Origin: Candidatus Heimdallarchaeota archaeon
GTDB taxonomy: Archaea; Asgardarchaeota; Heimdallarchaeia; Heimdallarchaeales; Heimdallarchaeaceae
DNA length: 20,818 bases
Direction: 5' to 3'
NCBI GenBank assembly: GCA_018238545.1
Contig: JABCTC010000053.1
Span: 1-20,818 of the forward strand
The translations under genes and the position numbers were made by a program. Positions 7,684 through 17,818 of the stretch are shown one piece after another (position 1 is the first letter of the stretch; each line of letters starts with the position of its first letter). The notes beneath the pieces were generated by a model, which worked only from the letters and a program-made list of their open reading frames with translations, made no database searches and was not told the DNA's origin.

Positions 7684-8646
7684 ATGTGGCGAGGTTGCAA
7701 AATAGTAAGAAGAATATGGATAATGTTTTTAATAACTACAATAGTTTTCACAAGTATTTTGTCTAATACTAGTACTGCTCAAGCTGCTACTCCCTGGGAT
7801 GTTTCTAGGGAGTCATATGAATATAATTACTTACAAACTAGGAAAGTCTTTGACATTGATGGGACTTCAGGAGGAGATAAAACCTACATTGATGAAAAAA
7901 CTGTTGAAATGTGGGAAATTAATTCTACAGAAAACGAAATAACTTTTCGAACAAATAACCTAGAACTGTTTTTAGGTTGCGTGCATTGTGAATCGCCGGA
8001 GTGTTATCAAGAATATAGAGATGCTTGGCAGTATGAAGAAACGGATGATAGTTTGACAGTAACTTATCGATATGATAAAATTGAAGGCGAGTTAGGATTT
8101 ATAAACCCCATTTCAGGTACATTTTTATGTTTCACTATGGAAATACCACTAAATCCAGTTGAACTCCCAGGTTATTGTTTTGACTTGTGGGGAGGCATGG
8201 GTTTTGTCTTTTTACCAGTTTTGAACTATAATTTTAGTTTCGTAACTGATTTTCAAAGCTGTGAAAATATTTATGAAGAGTTTAACATTCAAGTATATGA
8301 TACATTTACTTTTTCTGGGAAATTATTTGAAGGATATTCTTATGAAATTGAGCATTCATATATCGATAATATAGGAGAAAGAAAGTGGGAAAATTATGTA
8401 AAGTATAGTTATAATACAAAAGGTGTGCTTTACAATTACTATGGCGAAGGAGACTATTACGAAACAATAGAGGGTAATCTAGAAAGAAGCAGTCATAATG
8501 AACTGAGATATTCTATTGACTCAATTGATGAAGATCTGATTGTAGGAGTTAGTTGGCCACTGAGTTTACTTGGGTTCTTTATAATTATCACATTATGGAG
8601 AAAGAAAAATCGAAAAAATAGATTTTCTTCATCTTCAGAAATTTGA
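7684..8646 (+). CDS. Secreted, C-terminally anchored Cys/Tyr-rich protein of unknown function
   Basis: Signal peptide ending ...TAQAA, acidic Tyr-rich body with CVHCESPEC, C-terminal TM followed by RKKNRKNR. Confidence 0.8.
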   Translation: MWRGCKIVRRIWIMFLITTIVFTSILSNTSTAQAATPWDVSRESYEYNYLQTRKVFDIDGTSGGDKTYIDEKTVEMWEINSTENEITFRTNNLELFLGCVHCESPECYQEYRDAWQYEETDDSLTVTYRYDKIEGELGFINPISGTFLCFTMEIPLNPVELPGYCFDLWGGMGFVFLPVLNYNFSFVTDFQSCENIYEEFNIQVYDTFTFSGKLFEGYSYEIEHSYIDNIGERKWENYVKYSYNTKGVLYNYYGEGDYYETIEGNLERSSHNELRYSIDSIDEDLIVGVSWPLSLLGFFIIITLWRKKNRKNRFSSSSEI

Positions 8647-8776
8647 TTTAAGTATATTAATTGATTCTTTTTTATACAGTAATATTTTGTAAATCATAAT
8701 CATTAAATATTACACTTAATCCCATGGGTCGTAAATAAATTTCTCTTAATTAATAATCAAAGGAGCAAGTACAATC

Positions 8777-11026
8777 ATGATTCGTTTACTCAAATACTCA
8801 AAACCCTATCTAGTGATGGTTCTCTTTTCAGTGGGTTTACTGTTTGCACAAGCAAACTTAGAACTAGCATTACCTGATTATCTTTCAAATGTAGTTGACA
8901 CAGGTATTCAACAGGGCGGTGTAGAAAATGCTGTGCCAATTGCAATACGTCAAAGTGAGATGGAGAGATTATTCATTTTTATGAGTGAAGAAAACGAAAC
9001 AGTGGTGCTTGCGGATTACACTCTAATAGATGAAAACTCATCTGATTATGACAGTTATCTGGAGGAATACCCAGTACTCATCAACCAATCAATTTATGTT
9101 TTAAATGATGATAGGAATACGGAAATAAAAGAGCTTAACCAAATAATTACAGTACCAATTGTAGTTGTATTTACTCTAGAACAATTACTAGCTAATCCAG
9201 AAAATGCTACAGAAATGTTTGAAAGGCTCAACATTACTCTTCCTCCCTTGCCACCTGAAGAATTGGCTGATTTCTTCTTTTCTATGCTTAGTTTCATACC
9301 ATTTGAAAATATTACTGTGATTTCTGGGGTTATCACCGAGACTTTTGAAGCAATAGGTGAGACAATGCTTGATCAAGTGGCGGTAGCTGCGATAAGAATT
9401 GAATATGAAATAATCGGTTTGGATACAGATAGCATACAGAATCTGTACATTCTGGAAGCTGGAGGTCTGATGCTGCTAATGACATTACTAGCGGTAATCT
9501 GTACCATAGCAGTCAGTTATCTAGCATCTAGAACAGCAGCTGGAATGGCAAGAGATATTCGTAGTGATGTATTCAAGAAAATCGAAAACTTCTCAAGTAC
9601 TGAATTCGATAAATTTTCCACAGCTTCTCTTATTACTCGTTCTACAAACGATGTTACACAGATACAAAGTGTTACTTACATGATAGTGCGGATGGTCTTC
9701 TATGCACCCATCCTAGGTGTAGGAGGAATCATCCGAGCTCTTAATAAAAGTACATCAATGTGGTGGATCATCGCTGTAGCAGTTCTTGTACTTATAGTTC
9801 TAATCACAATTGTTTTCTTTATAGCACTACCAAAATTCAAAGCGATGCAATCGTTGACGGATCGGATTAACTTAGTTGCACGAGAAAGTCTCTCTGGTAT
9901 GCTGGTTATTAGAGCTTTTAACAAGGAAAAATTTGAGGAAAAACGATTTGATAAAGCTAATCTTGACATAACAGCTGTTATTCTATTTATTAACCGACTA
10001 ATGGTAATATTGATGCCATTTATGATGCTTGTATTAAATGGTTTGTCACTCGGAATTATTTGGATAGGGGCTCATCAAGTTGCAGCAGCTTCAATGCAAG
10101 TTGGGGACATGATGGCCTTTATGCAGTATGCTATGCAGATTGTGTTTGCATTTCTGATGCTTACCATGATGTTCATTGTCTTACCTCGAGCAGTTGTTTC
10201 TGGAAAACGTATAAATGAAGTATTGGTCACAGAACCAGCAATTAAAGACCCTGAAAATCCAAAAATATTCCCAGATTCTTTCAAAGGATCAATAGAATTC
10301 CGTGACGTAACATTCCGTTATCCAGGAGCTAAGAAGAGTGCATTGGAAAATATTAATTTTACAGCTAAACCTGGAGAAACTACAGCATTCATAGGATCAA
10401 CAGGTTCTGGTAAATCAACTGTTGTTAACTTGATTCCTCGGTTCTATGATATAACGGAAGGTTCAATCCTAATTGATGGAGTGGATATTAGAGAAGTTAC
10501 ACAACATAGTCTGAGAGACAAGATAGGATATGTCCCGCAGAAGAGTTCATTATTCTCAGGAACAATAGAAAGCAACTTACTATTTGCCGATGAAGATGCA
10601 ACGGATGAAGATCTACAATTAGCAATAGAAATAGCTCAAGCAGAGGAATTTGTTTCTTCCAGTATTGAAGGGATGAGAAGAGAAATAGCTCAAGGGGGAT
10701 CAAACGTTTCCGGGGGACAAAAACAACGTCTTTCAATTGCTCGTGCTTTAGTAAAGAAACCTCCAATCTATATTTTTGATGACAGTGTATCAGCTCTGGA
10801 TTTCAAAACAGATGCTGCTTTACGCAAGGCTCTCAAACAAAAAACAGGTGACAGTACAGTATTAATTGTGACTCAACGTGTTTCCACTATAAAAAATGCT
10901 GAACAAATTATTGTTATAGATGATGGGAAAATAGTTGGGAAAGGTACACATGATGAGTTGATGAAAACGTCTGACATTTACAGTGAGATTGCTTCATCTC
11001 AACTTGAACTGGAGGAATCATCATGA
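8777..11026 (+). CDS. ABC exporter TMD-NBD half-transporter (TM287-like subunit) with a large extracellular insertion
   Basis: Walker A GSTGSGKST, signature VSGGQ, degenerate Walker B IYIFDDS and switch TQR. About 180 aa inserted between TM1 and TM2. Confidence 0.95.
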   Translation: MIRLLKYSKPYLVMVLFSVGLLFAQANLELALPDYLSNVVDTGIQQGGVENAVPIAIRQSEMERLFIFMSEENETVVLADYTLIDENSSDYDSYLEEYPVLINQSIYVLNDDRNTEIKELNQIITVPIVVVFTLEQLLANPENATEMFERLNITLPPLPPEELADFFFSMLSFIPFENITVISGVITETFEAIGETMLDQVAVAAIRIEYEIIGLDTDSIQNLYILEAGGLMLLMTLLAVICTIAVSYLASRTAAGMARDIRSDVFKKIENFSSTEFDKFSTASLITRSTNDVTQIQSVTYMIVRMVFYAPILGVGGIIRALNKSTSMWWIIAVAVLVLIVLITIVFFIALPKFKAMQSLTDRINLVARESLSGMLVIRAFNKEKFEEKRFDKANLDITAVILFINRLMVILMPFMMLVLNGLSLGIIWIGAHQVAAASMQVGDMMAFMQYAMQIVFAFLMLTMMFIVLPRAVVSGKRINEVLVTEPAIKDPENPKIFPDSFKGSIEFRDVTFRYPGAKKSALENINFTAKPGETTAFIGSTGSGKSTVVNLIPRFYDITEGSILIDGVDIREVTQHSLRDKIGYVPQKSSLFSGTIESNLLFADEDATDEDLQLAIEIAQAEEFVSSSIEGMRREIAQGGSNVSGGQKQRLSIARALVKKPPIYIFDDSVSALDFKTDAALRKALKQKTGDSTVLIVTQRVSTIKNAEQIIVIDDGKIVGKGTHDELMKTSDIYSEIASSQLELEESS

Positions 11027-12912
11027 GTATTAGAGTAAGATCATCTAGGGGAGGGTCAAGTGGTCCCAGAGGAGGTCCCATGGGTAGAATGATGAAAGGC
11101 GATAAGGCTAAAGATTTCAAAGGTTCAATGCTCAAACTCATCAGCTATCTAGGTAAATACAGAATAACAATTATAATTGCAATAATAATAGCTATAGCTT
11201 CTACAGCTGCAAATATTGTTGGACCAAAAATTCTGGGAGAAGCTACAACCGAACTTTTTGAAGGATTACTAGCGGTTGTAAGAGGTACAGGAGAAGTTGA
11301 TTTTGATTTCATCGGGCGAATCATCCTTATTGTTTTGGCATTGTATGTATCTTCAGCAATATTCCGATATATTCAAGGTTGGATAATGGCGAGAGTTTCC
11401 ACAGATATTTCTTATCGACTTAGAAAAGACATATCCGAAAAGATTAATCGTATGGAACTCAAGTACTATGATCGCACTACTCAAGGAGAAATACTCTCAC
11501 GAATAACCAATGATGTCGATACCATCAATCAGACTTTGAGTCAGAGTATCACACAAATTATCACATCAATAATAACCGTACTGGGTATACTCGTAATGAT
11601 GTTCACTATCAGTTGGCTAATGACTTTGGTAGCATTAGTAATAATACCTCTATCAGGAGTAGTGGTTATGTTCATTGTTAAACGATCTCAAAAACATTTC
11701 ACTCAACAGCAAGAGTACATTGGACATGTCAATAGTCATGTGGAAGAAATGTATGGTGGACATCTAGTTATGAAAGCCTTCAATGGAGAGAAGAAAAGTC
11801 AAGAAAAATTCGAGACTTACAATAGCACCCTCCACAAATCTGCTTGGAAATCACAATTCTTTTCTGGGTTGATGATGCCGATGATGACCTTCATAGGAAA
11901 CTTAGGTTATGTGGCAGTTGCTATACTTGGTGGATGGTTAACAATACAAAATGCTATCTCAGTAGGAGACATACAAGCATTCATTCAATATGTGCGAACA
12001 TTTACTCAACCAATAGCCCAATTAGCTAACGTTTCAAATGTTTTGCAACAAACAGCTGCAGCAGCTGAAAGAGTGTTTGAATTTTTAGGAGAAACTGAAG
12101 AAGTAGCAGAATCAACTAAACCTGTGAAATTAGAAAAAGTGAAAGGTCTTGTAGAATTTAAGAATGTCAATTTTGGTTACAATCCCGAAAAAATTGTTAT
12201 TCACAACTTTTCAGCTACTGCTCAACCAGGACAGAAAATCGCCATCGTTGGCCCAACTGGCGCTGGCAAGACAACTATGGTCAAACTTCTCATGCGTTTT
12301 TACGATGTAAATGGAGGAACCATCTTAGTTGATGGTCACGATATTCGCGATTTCACTAGAACTGATTTGCGTGATAACTTTGGTATGGTTCTCCAAGATA
12401 CTTGGTTATTCAATGGTACTATACTAGAAAACATTCGTTATGGTCGTACCGATGCTAATGATGCTGAAGTGGTTGCAGCAGCTGAAGCTGCTCATGTTGA
12501 CCAATTTGTTCACACCTTAGCTGGTGGATATCACATGGAGCTCAATGAAGAAGTGACAAACATTTCTGAAGGACAGAAGCAACTACTAACTATTGCAAGA
12601 GCTGTATTAGCAGATCCAGAGATTCTTATTCTTGATGAAGCGACAAGTTCAGTAGATACACGAACAGAGATACTTATCCAGAAAGCAATGGACAACTTGA
12701 TGAAGAACAGAACAAGTTTTGTCATAGCTCATCGATTATCTACCATCCGTGATGCTGATCTTATTCTTGTCATGGATGAAGGAGATATTGTTGAGCAAGG
12801 TACTCATGAAGAATTACTAGCAAAATGTGGATTCTACGCTGAACTCTACAACAGTCAATTCGATGTTACAGAGGATTCTTCTGGTACAAAAGTGTTGCAA
12901 GATTGTGACTAA
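11023..12912 (+). CDS. ABC exporter TMD-NBD half-transporter (TM288-like subunit)
   Basis: Walker A GPTGAGKTT, Walker B ILILDEATS, H-switch IAHRLST, degenerate signature ISEGQ. ATGA overlap with the partner gene. Confidence 0.95.
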   Translation: MSIRVRSSRGGSSGPRGGPMGRMMKGDKAKDFKGSMLKLISYLGKYRITIIIAIIIAIASTAANIVGPKILGEATTELFEGLLAVVRGTGEVDFDFIGRIILIVLALYVSSAIFRYIQGWIMARVSTDISYRLRKDISEKINRMELKYYDRTTQGEILSRITNDVDTINQTLSQSITQIITSIITVLGILVMMFTISWLMTLVALVIIPLSGVVVMFIVKRSQKHFTQQQEYIGHVNSHVEEMYGGHLVMKAFNGEKKSQEKFETYNSTLHKSAWKSQFFSGLMMPMMTFIGNLGYVAVAILGGWLTIQNAISVGDIQAFIQYVRTFTQPIAQLANVSNVLQQTAAAAERVFEFLGETEEVAESTKPVKLEKVKGLVEFKNVNFGYNPEKIVIHNFSATAQPGQKIAIVGPTGAGKTTMVKLLMRFYDVNGGTILVDGHDIRDFTRTDLRDNFGMVLQDTWLFNGTILENIRYGRTDANDAEVVAAAEAAHVDQFVHTLAGGYHMELNEEVTNISEGQKQLLTIARAVLADPEILILDEATSSVDTRTEILIQKAMDNLMKNRTSFVIAHRLSTIRDADLILVMDEGDIVEQGTHEELLAKCGFYAELYNSQFDVTEDSSGTKVLQDCD

Positions 12913-13028
12913 AATTGGTTGTCGGAACTCATCGACTTAGGGATATTCTCCCTTCAACGCTCCTTTTTTCCCTCCACCTGATTCGGAAATCTTTATTTAC
13001 AAATGACTGCTTATATTAGAAGAAAATA

Positions 13029-14954
13029 ATGAAAAATAGAAACAAAGCTTATCTTATCATTTTTGTTTTTTGTGCGTTTATGATTACAACTTCAATAAAT
13101 CAATCCATCCTTACAAGTGCTATTCTACCACCCCCCACGTATCTATCACCAGCTAATGGCAGTTACACAAATGATGACACACCTACTTTCACTTGGTCTG
13201 CTGTGTCGGGAGCAATTTCTTACACCATAGAATATGGTTCGGATCCAAGTTTCTTTGTAAGTATTGATTTTACTGTGCCTGCCTCTCAAACTAATTACAC
13301 TATTTCATCAGGTGCAAGTGATGGTTTATTTTACTGGCATGTGAAAACAAATGACCCAGGAGATGGAGCTTGGGGTCCAACATGGACTTTAACATTAGAT
13401 ACTATAGCCCCAGGTCAAGCGATATTACAAACTCCTGCTGATAATACACAAATAAATGATAGTACACCCTTCTTTAATTGGGCATCAGTGACAGGAGCTT
13501 ATGAGTATAGAATAGTTGTAGATGATGATGATACCTTTGAATCACCATTTATTAACACTACAACTTCAGTTTCTCAATATCAAGCAGTGACACCTTTGCC
13601 TATGTCTTATCATCACTGGAAAGTTCAAGCAAGAGATAGGGCACATAATTATGGAGCTTGGAGCGAAGTATTTGGTTATTTCTTAGATCTTGTCCCACCA
13701 GGAGCAATCGTTCTATCTACCCCAAGTAATAATTCATATGGAAATGAGATTAGTTATCTAGAGTGCTCAACGGATCCGGGAGCAGATCTCTATTATTTCG
13801 AATTGGGAAACAACGCAGCGTTTGACATCATATATGATAGTGGTGAATCAGCTACCAATTATTTCGACCCTACTGTTCCTGATGGAACGATATATTGGAG
13901 AGCTCAAGCACGAGATTATGCAGGAAATCAAGGTCCATGGAGCGAAACGTGGATGTTTACTCTCGATTCAACGGGTCCAGCTGCACCAACAATAGTTCTT
14001 CCTCTAAATAATTCCTATACGTCAGATACAACACCATATTTTGAATGGAACATGACTGAAAGTGCAGTAGAGTGGCAATTATTTGTTTCTTACCAACCAT
14101 TCTTTAGTTCTTCGTGGGGTTATGCTACTCCAAATACGTATTTTGATGGCACTTCAGAATTCGGTGAAATCCCAGTTTATTGGAGAGTTAGAGGAAGAGA
14201 TGCTTTATGGAACTATGGACCATGGAGTGAGACAGGAGTCATTAATATCGATTTGACTGAACCAATATCACCAACAATAACAGGTCCATTAAATAACACT
14301 AGCACTAATCAGACAATTGTAACATTTAGCTGGGATTATTTAGCAGATACGATTGACTATTATGAGATTTATGTTTCACAACATGCTGATTTCTCAGTTC
14401 TATATTACGCTCCAAAAATTAATGACAGTAATAGTCACATATCAACAGGCCCATTTGCTGATGCTGTTTATTATTGGAAGTTAAGAGCTGTTGATCTAGC
14501 TGGAAATGTAGGTAATTGGTCAGAAACGTGGATCTATGAAATCGACACGATACCTCCTGGAATTGTAACATTAGTATCTCCAGCTGATGGAGCAGTTCTT
14601 GACACCAATACTCCGACATTCACATGGAACCCAGTTGCTGGTGCAGTTCTATATCGTTTGTATCTTGTTTTCAATAACGATTGGACTTCTCCAATAATAA
14701 TAATCGACCTGAATGAAACCTCTTTCCTATTACCTTTTGCTATAGGTGGAGCATCTAATGTATTCTATTGGAGTGTTCGAGCAATAGATGCAGCAGGTAA
14801 CTTTGGAGGATATGATCCTGCATGGACATTTACAATTGACACAGTTGTTGTTCCAGAATTTGACACGTCTATAGCTATGTTTGTTGTATGGGGTTTGATA
14901 TCTTTAATGGCAATAGTGATATCCAGAATAAGAAGAAAGAAAATTTCACTCTAA
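13029..14954 (+). CDS. Cell-surface protein with 6 tandem FN3/Ig-like repeats and a PEF-CTERM-like tail (paralog of 5106-7595)
   Basis: Signal peptide. Six repeats ending Y.W.VRA.D.AGN.G.WSE.W...D. Many N-x-S/T sequons. Ends VVVPEFD + TM + RIRRKK. Confidence 0.88.
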   Translation: MKNRNKAYLIIFVFCAFMITTSINQSILTSAILPPPTYLSPANGSYTNDDTPTFTWSAVSGAISYTIEYGSDPSFFVSIDFTVPASQTNYTISSGASDGLFYWHVKTNDPGDGAWGPTWTLTLDTIAPGQAILQTPADNTQINDSTPFFNWASVTGAYEYRIVVDDDDTFESPFINTTTSVSQYQAVTPLPMSYHHWKVQARDRAHNYGAWSEVFGYFLDLVPPGAIVLSTPSNNSYGNEISYLECSTDPGADLYYFELGNNAAFDIIYDSGESATNYFDPTVPDGTIYWRAQARDYAGNQGPWSETWMFTLDSTGPAAPTIVLPLNNSYTSDTTPYFEWNMTESAVEWQLFVSYQPFFSSSWGYATPNTYFDGTSEFGEIPVYWRVRGRDALWNYGPWSETGVINIDLTEPISPTITGPLNNTSTNQTIVTFSWDYLADTIDYYEIYVSQHADFSVLYYAPKINDSNSHISTGPFADAVYYWKLRAVDLAGNVGNWSETWIYEIDTIPPGIVTLVSPADGAVLDTNTPTFTWNPVAGAVLYRLYLVFNNDWTSPIIIIDLNETSFLLPFAIGGASNVFYWSVRAIDAAGNFGGYDPAWTFTIDTVVVPEFDTSIAMFVVWGLISLMAIVISRIRRKKISL

Positions 14955-14960
14955 CAAATT

Positions 14961-15000
14961 AAGAGAGGTTTGAAAAATAATCTCTTTTCAACATTTTTTT
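14961..15000 (+). terminator. Hairpin plus T-tract terminator candidate
   Basis: TTGAAAA (14970-76) can pair with TTTTCAA (14985-91), followed by T7 (14994-15000). Confidence 0.45.
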
Positions 15001-15043
15001 CCTATCAAGGAATATTTTTAAGTTATTTACACAAATACAATTA

Positions 15044-17107
15044 ATGAGTTTTCTGAGATCAAAGAAGCTGCTACTTCTGATAATATTTATGATGAGTAAT
15101 TTTGTTGTACTTACTGGAAATTCATCACCTTCTGGAGATAATATTATTATAACCGAGGTTCTTTATGATGCTCCTAATTCCGATGCAACAGAAGAATGGA
15201 TTGAGTTATTTAATCCAACTGATTACGCAGTAGACCTATCTGGTTGGACTGTTGAAGATAATTATGATTCCTTTGGTCTTTCAGGTACTATTCCTGCAAA
15301 AGGTTACTTTGTTGTTGCAAGGCAATCAGCAGCATTTAATTTATTATATGGATTTGATCCAGATTTAGATGGGTCGCCTCTCGCTTTAAGCAATTCAGGA
15401 GACAAAATAACATTGTATAACAATGTTAGTACTGAAGTTGATTTTGTTGCTTGGGAAAACTATGTATCCGGATGGTCTGTTTCAGCAATAGATACAACAA
15501 TTAGAAGGATAAATGTGGTTGACACAGATACAGGAGTGGATTGGCAAAATAGTGGCTACTTAGGTGATCCAGGAGATGGACTTTATGACGAAATACTTTC
15601 CGATGTTACGCCTCCCTTAGTAAATATCTTGTCTCCTATTTCAGGTGCGAATCTCTCAGGATCAGTAGAAATTTCTGTCAATGCAACTGATGAAAATGGT
15701 ATTGCTAGATATGAGATATATATTGATGGTATTCTAAGAGCTACACAAAACCCCTTTTTGTGGAATACTAGAACTGTAAGCAATGGTTCTCACACAATAT
15801 TAGCAAAGTGTAAAGATCCTGCAAATAATGTTGGAGAACATAATATCACTGTAACAGTCGAAAACTATGAGATTGTTTCATCTTCAGATTTAATCAAAAT
15901 CATGTCCTATAACATAGAGTATGGAATTGACCCAGATTGGAAAGATGTAGTAAAAGAGGAGAACCCAGATATTGTTATATTTGTTGAAACTGGGGATTGG
16001 GATGATAATTCAAATGAATTGCTAAATCAATATATCGATGAATTTAATGCATATTTTGCAGATGAAGAACCATATACAGGATATACAGCTCAAGGGATAA
16101 TATATGACACAGATGGAGAAGCGATCATGAGTAGATACCCAATATTGGAAACCGTTCAAATACCACTTGTTACACTGGACGATGATTCAATGTTCGATGT
16201 GTCTCATGATTTTATGTATTGGAAGGTCGATGTAGCAGGTACAGAATTGTATCTGATCGGTGCGCATCTAAAAGCGATGAGCGGAGAGGATAACGAATAT
16301 AGACGTGAGAGAGAACAAGAAGGAATAATAAATTATATGGATAGTTTGGGAGAAGTACCAATTCTCTATCTGGGGGACTTGAATTCATTTTCACCTGATG
16401 ACACTGGGGCTTTAGCTCCAGAAGGTGATCTAGGGTATGGGCCATTAACCATGATGTTGAAACCGGAAGATCCAACGTATGGACAGTATTCGTCTCAAAA
16501 TCATATTTTCACAGATGTGTTCAGGATATTGAACCCAACTGAGCTTGGATATACTTATGGTCATCAAAACCCTACGTTTGATTCAAGAATCGATTTCATA
16601 ATAGCAAACGATTACATTTCAAATTATCTTGTTAACTCAACAGTGGGAGATACAACAACTGCTGATACAGGATCTGATCATTACTGTGTGGATTTCTTCC
16701 TTGATATTGATGCTTTGCAAAGTCAAACAGATATCACAGCTCCAGCTAAAGTTCTGGGAGTGAGTGCTGAAGCGATAAACTCTTCTCAAATCAATCTTGT
16801 GTGGAATCCAAGCTCTGAAGTTGATCTTGACTATTACAACATCTACAGAGATGGGACATATATTACCCAAACTATTAATCCCTCATATTCTGATAGTGGA
16901 CTAAATGTGGATACAGAGTATACTTATGAGATCACTGCTGTTGACACAAGTGGTAATGAAGGGATAAAATCAGATAGTATTGTGATAAGAACGCAAACTG
17001 AAACAACAGTTTCAGATTTTCCTTTATCTAGTGGAGGATTAATTGTTTGTCTTACAGGATTAGCATTGATTATGTCCAAACATATCAAGAAGAAAAGAAG
17101 AACATAA
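15044..17107 (+). CDS. Surface-anchored nuclease/phosphoesterase: lamin-tail domain + Ig-like + endonuclease/exonuclease/phosphatase (EEP) + FN3 + TM
   Basis: LTD motifs IIITEVLYD...EWIELFNP...DLSGW...LSNSGD. EEP motifs MSYNI, PDIVIFVE, GAHLK, LGDLN, RIDFI, SDH. FN3 motifs LVWNPS...YNIYRDG...YTYEITAVD. C-terminal TM followed by KKKRR. Confidence 0.9.
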   Translation: MSFLRSKKLLLLIIFMMSNFVVLTGNSSPSGDNIIITEVLYDAPNSDATEEWIELFNPTDYAVDLSGWTVEDNYDSFGLSGTIPAKGYFVVARQSAAFNLLYGFDPDLDGSPLALSNSGDKITLYNNVSTEVDFVAWENYVSGWSVSAIDTTIRRINVVDTDTGVDWQNSGYLGDPGDGLYDEILSDVTPPLVNILSPISGANLSGSVEISVNATDENGIARYEIYIDGILRATQNPFLWNTRTVSNGSHTILAKCKDPANNVGEHNITVTVENYEIVSSSDLIKIMSYNIEYGIDPDWKDVVKEENPDIVIFVETGDWDDNSNELLNQYIDEFNAYFADEEPYTGYTAQGIIYDTDGEAIMSRYPILETVQIPLVTLDDDSMFDVSHDFMYWKVDVAGTELYLIGAHLKAMSGEDNEYRREREQEGIINYMDSLGEVPILYLGDLNSFSPDDTGALAPEGDLGYGPLTMMLKPEDPTYGQYSSQNHIFTDVFRILNPTELGYTYGHQNPTFDSRIDFIIANDYISNYLVNSTVGDTTTADTGSDHYCVDFFLDIDALQSQTDITAPAKVLGVSAEAINSSQINLVWNPSSEVDLDYYNIYRDGTYITQTINPSYSDSGLNVDTEYTYEITAVDTSGNEGIKSDSIVIRTQTETTVSDFPLSSGGLIVCLTGLALIMSKHIKKKRRT

Positions 17108-17224
17108 TCCTACATCTTTCATCTTTTTTACACACTAATTTTTTAATTCAATAATGGGGAGAATAGTGAATATTTGTTTACATAGTTTTTTATATTTTCA
17201 ATACAATTATTATTCTGGTTCAAA

Positions 17225-17818
17225 ATGAAAATGTCCAAAATGGAGAAGAAGTTTGTTAACAGCAAGAAACATGGTCAAAGAAATATTGACTTGTATGAAG
17301 AACTTTCTCAACAAATAGATTTTACTGGAGTAAAGGATGTACTGGAAATAGGGTGCGGTGTAGGGATTCTAGCTAACCATCTAAATGAGAAATATGGGCT
17401 GGATGTAACTGGAATTGATTTAGACACAGAACAAATAGAACTAGCAAAAGAATACCAAGAGAAAAAGGAAAATCTACAATTTATGGTAGCTGATGCAACA
17501 AAGCTTAGTTTCAGTGAAGAAGAATCATATGATCTTGCCATATCAACACATGTTATGCATCACATAGGTAATTGGGAAGAAGCTCTAATGGAGATAAAGC
17601 GAGTTGTAAGAACAAAGGGCTTCTATATTTTCTGTGATATGACTTACTCAAAACTTTTAGTAAAAATATTCAGACCTATTGCGAAGAACTACGGAGTATA
17701 CACAGCTCAAGACATTAAGAGATTCTTTGAAAGAAATAACTTTAAGGTATTATATGAAGAGAAGAGAAAGCACTTTATATTTAAGAATTATATCTTTGTA
17801 TTTCAAAAAACGGACTAG
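17225..17818 (+). CDS. Class I SAM-dependent methyltransferase
   Basis: VLEIGCGVG, TGIDLD, FMVADATKL, SYDL...VMHHI, EIKRVVRTKG. Confidence 0.92.
   Translation: MKMSKMEKKFVNSKKHGQRNIDLYEELSQQIDFTGVKDVLEIGCGVGILANHLNEKYGLDVTGIDLDTEQIELAKEYQEKKENLQFMVADATKLSFSEEESYDLAISTHVMHHIGNWEEALMEIKRVVRTKGFYIFCDMTYSKLLVKIFRPIAKNYGVYTAQDIKRFFERNNFKVLYEEKRKHFIFKNYIFVFQKTD

Noticed and set aside
7975-8004. CVHC as a c-type heme-binding site
   Set aside because: The motif is CxxCE, not CxxCH.
5208-14840. FN3 repeats as DGR template/variable repeats or recent duplications
   Set aside because: The repeats are diverged at all base types, not only adenines, and no reverse transcriptase is present.
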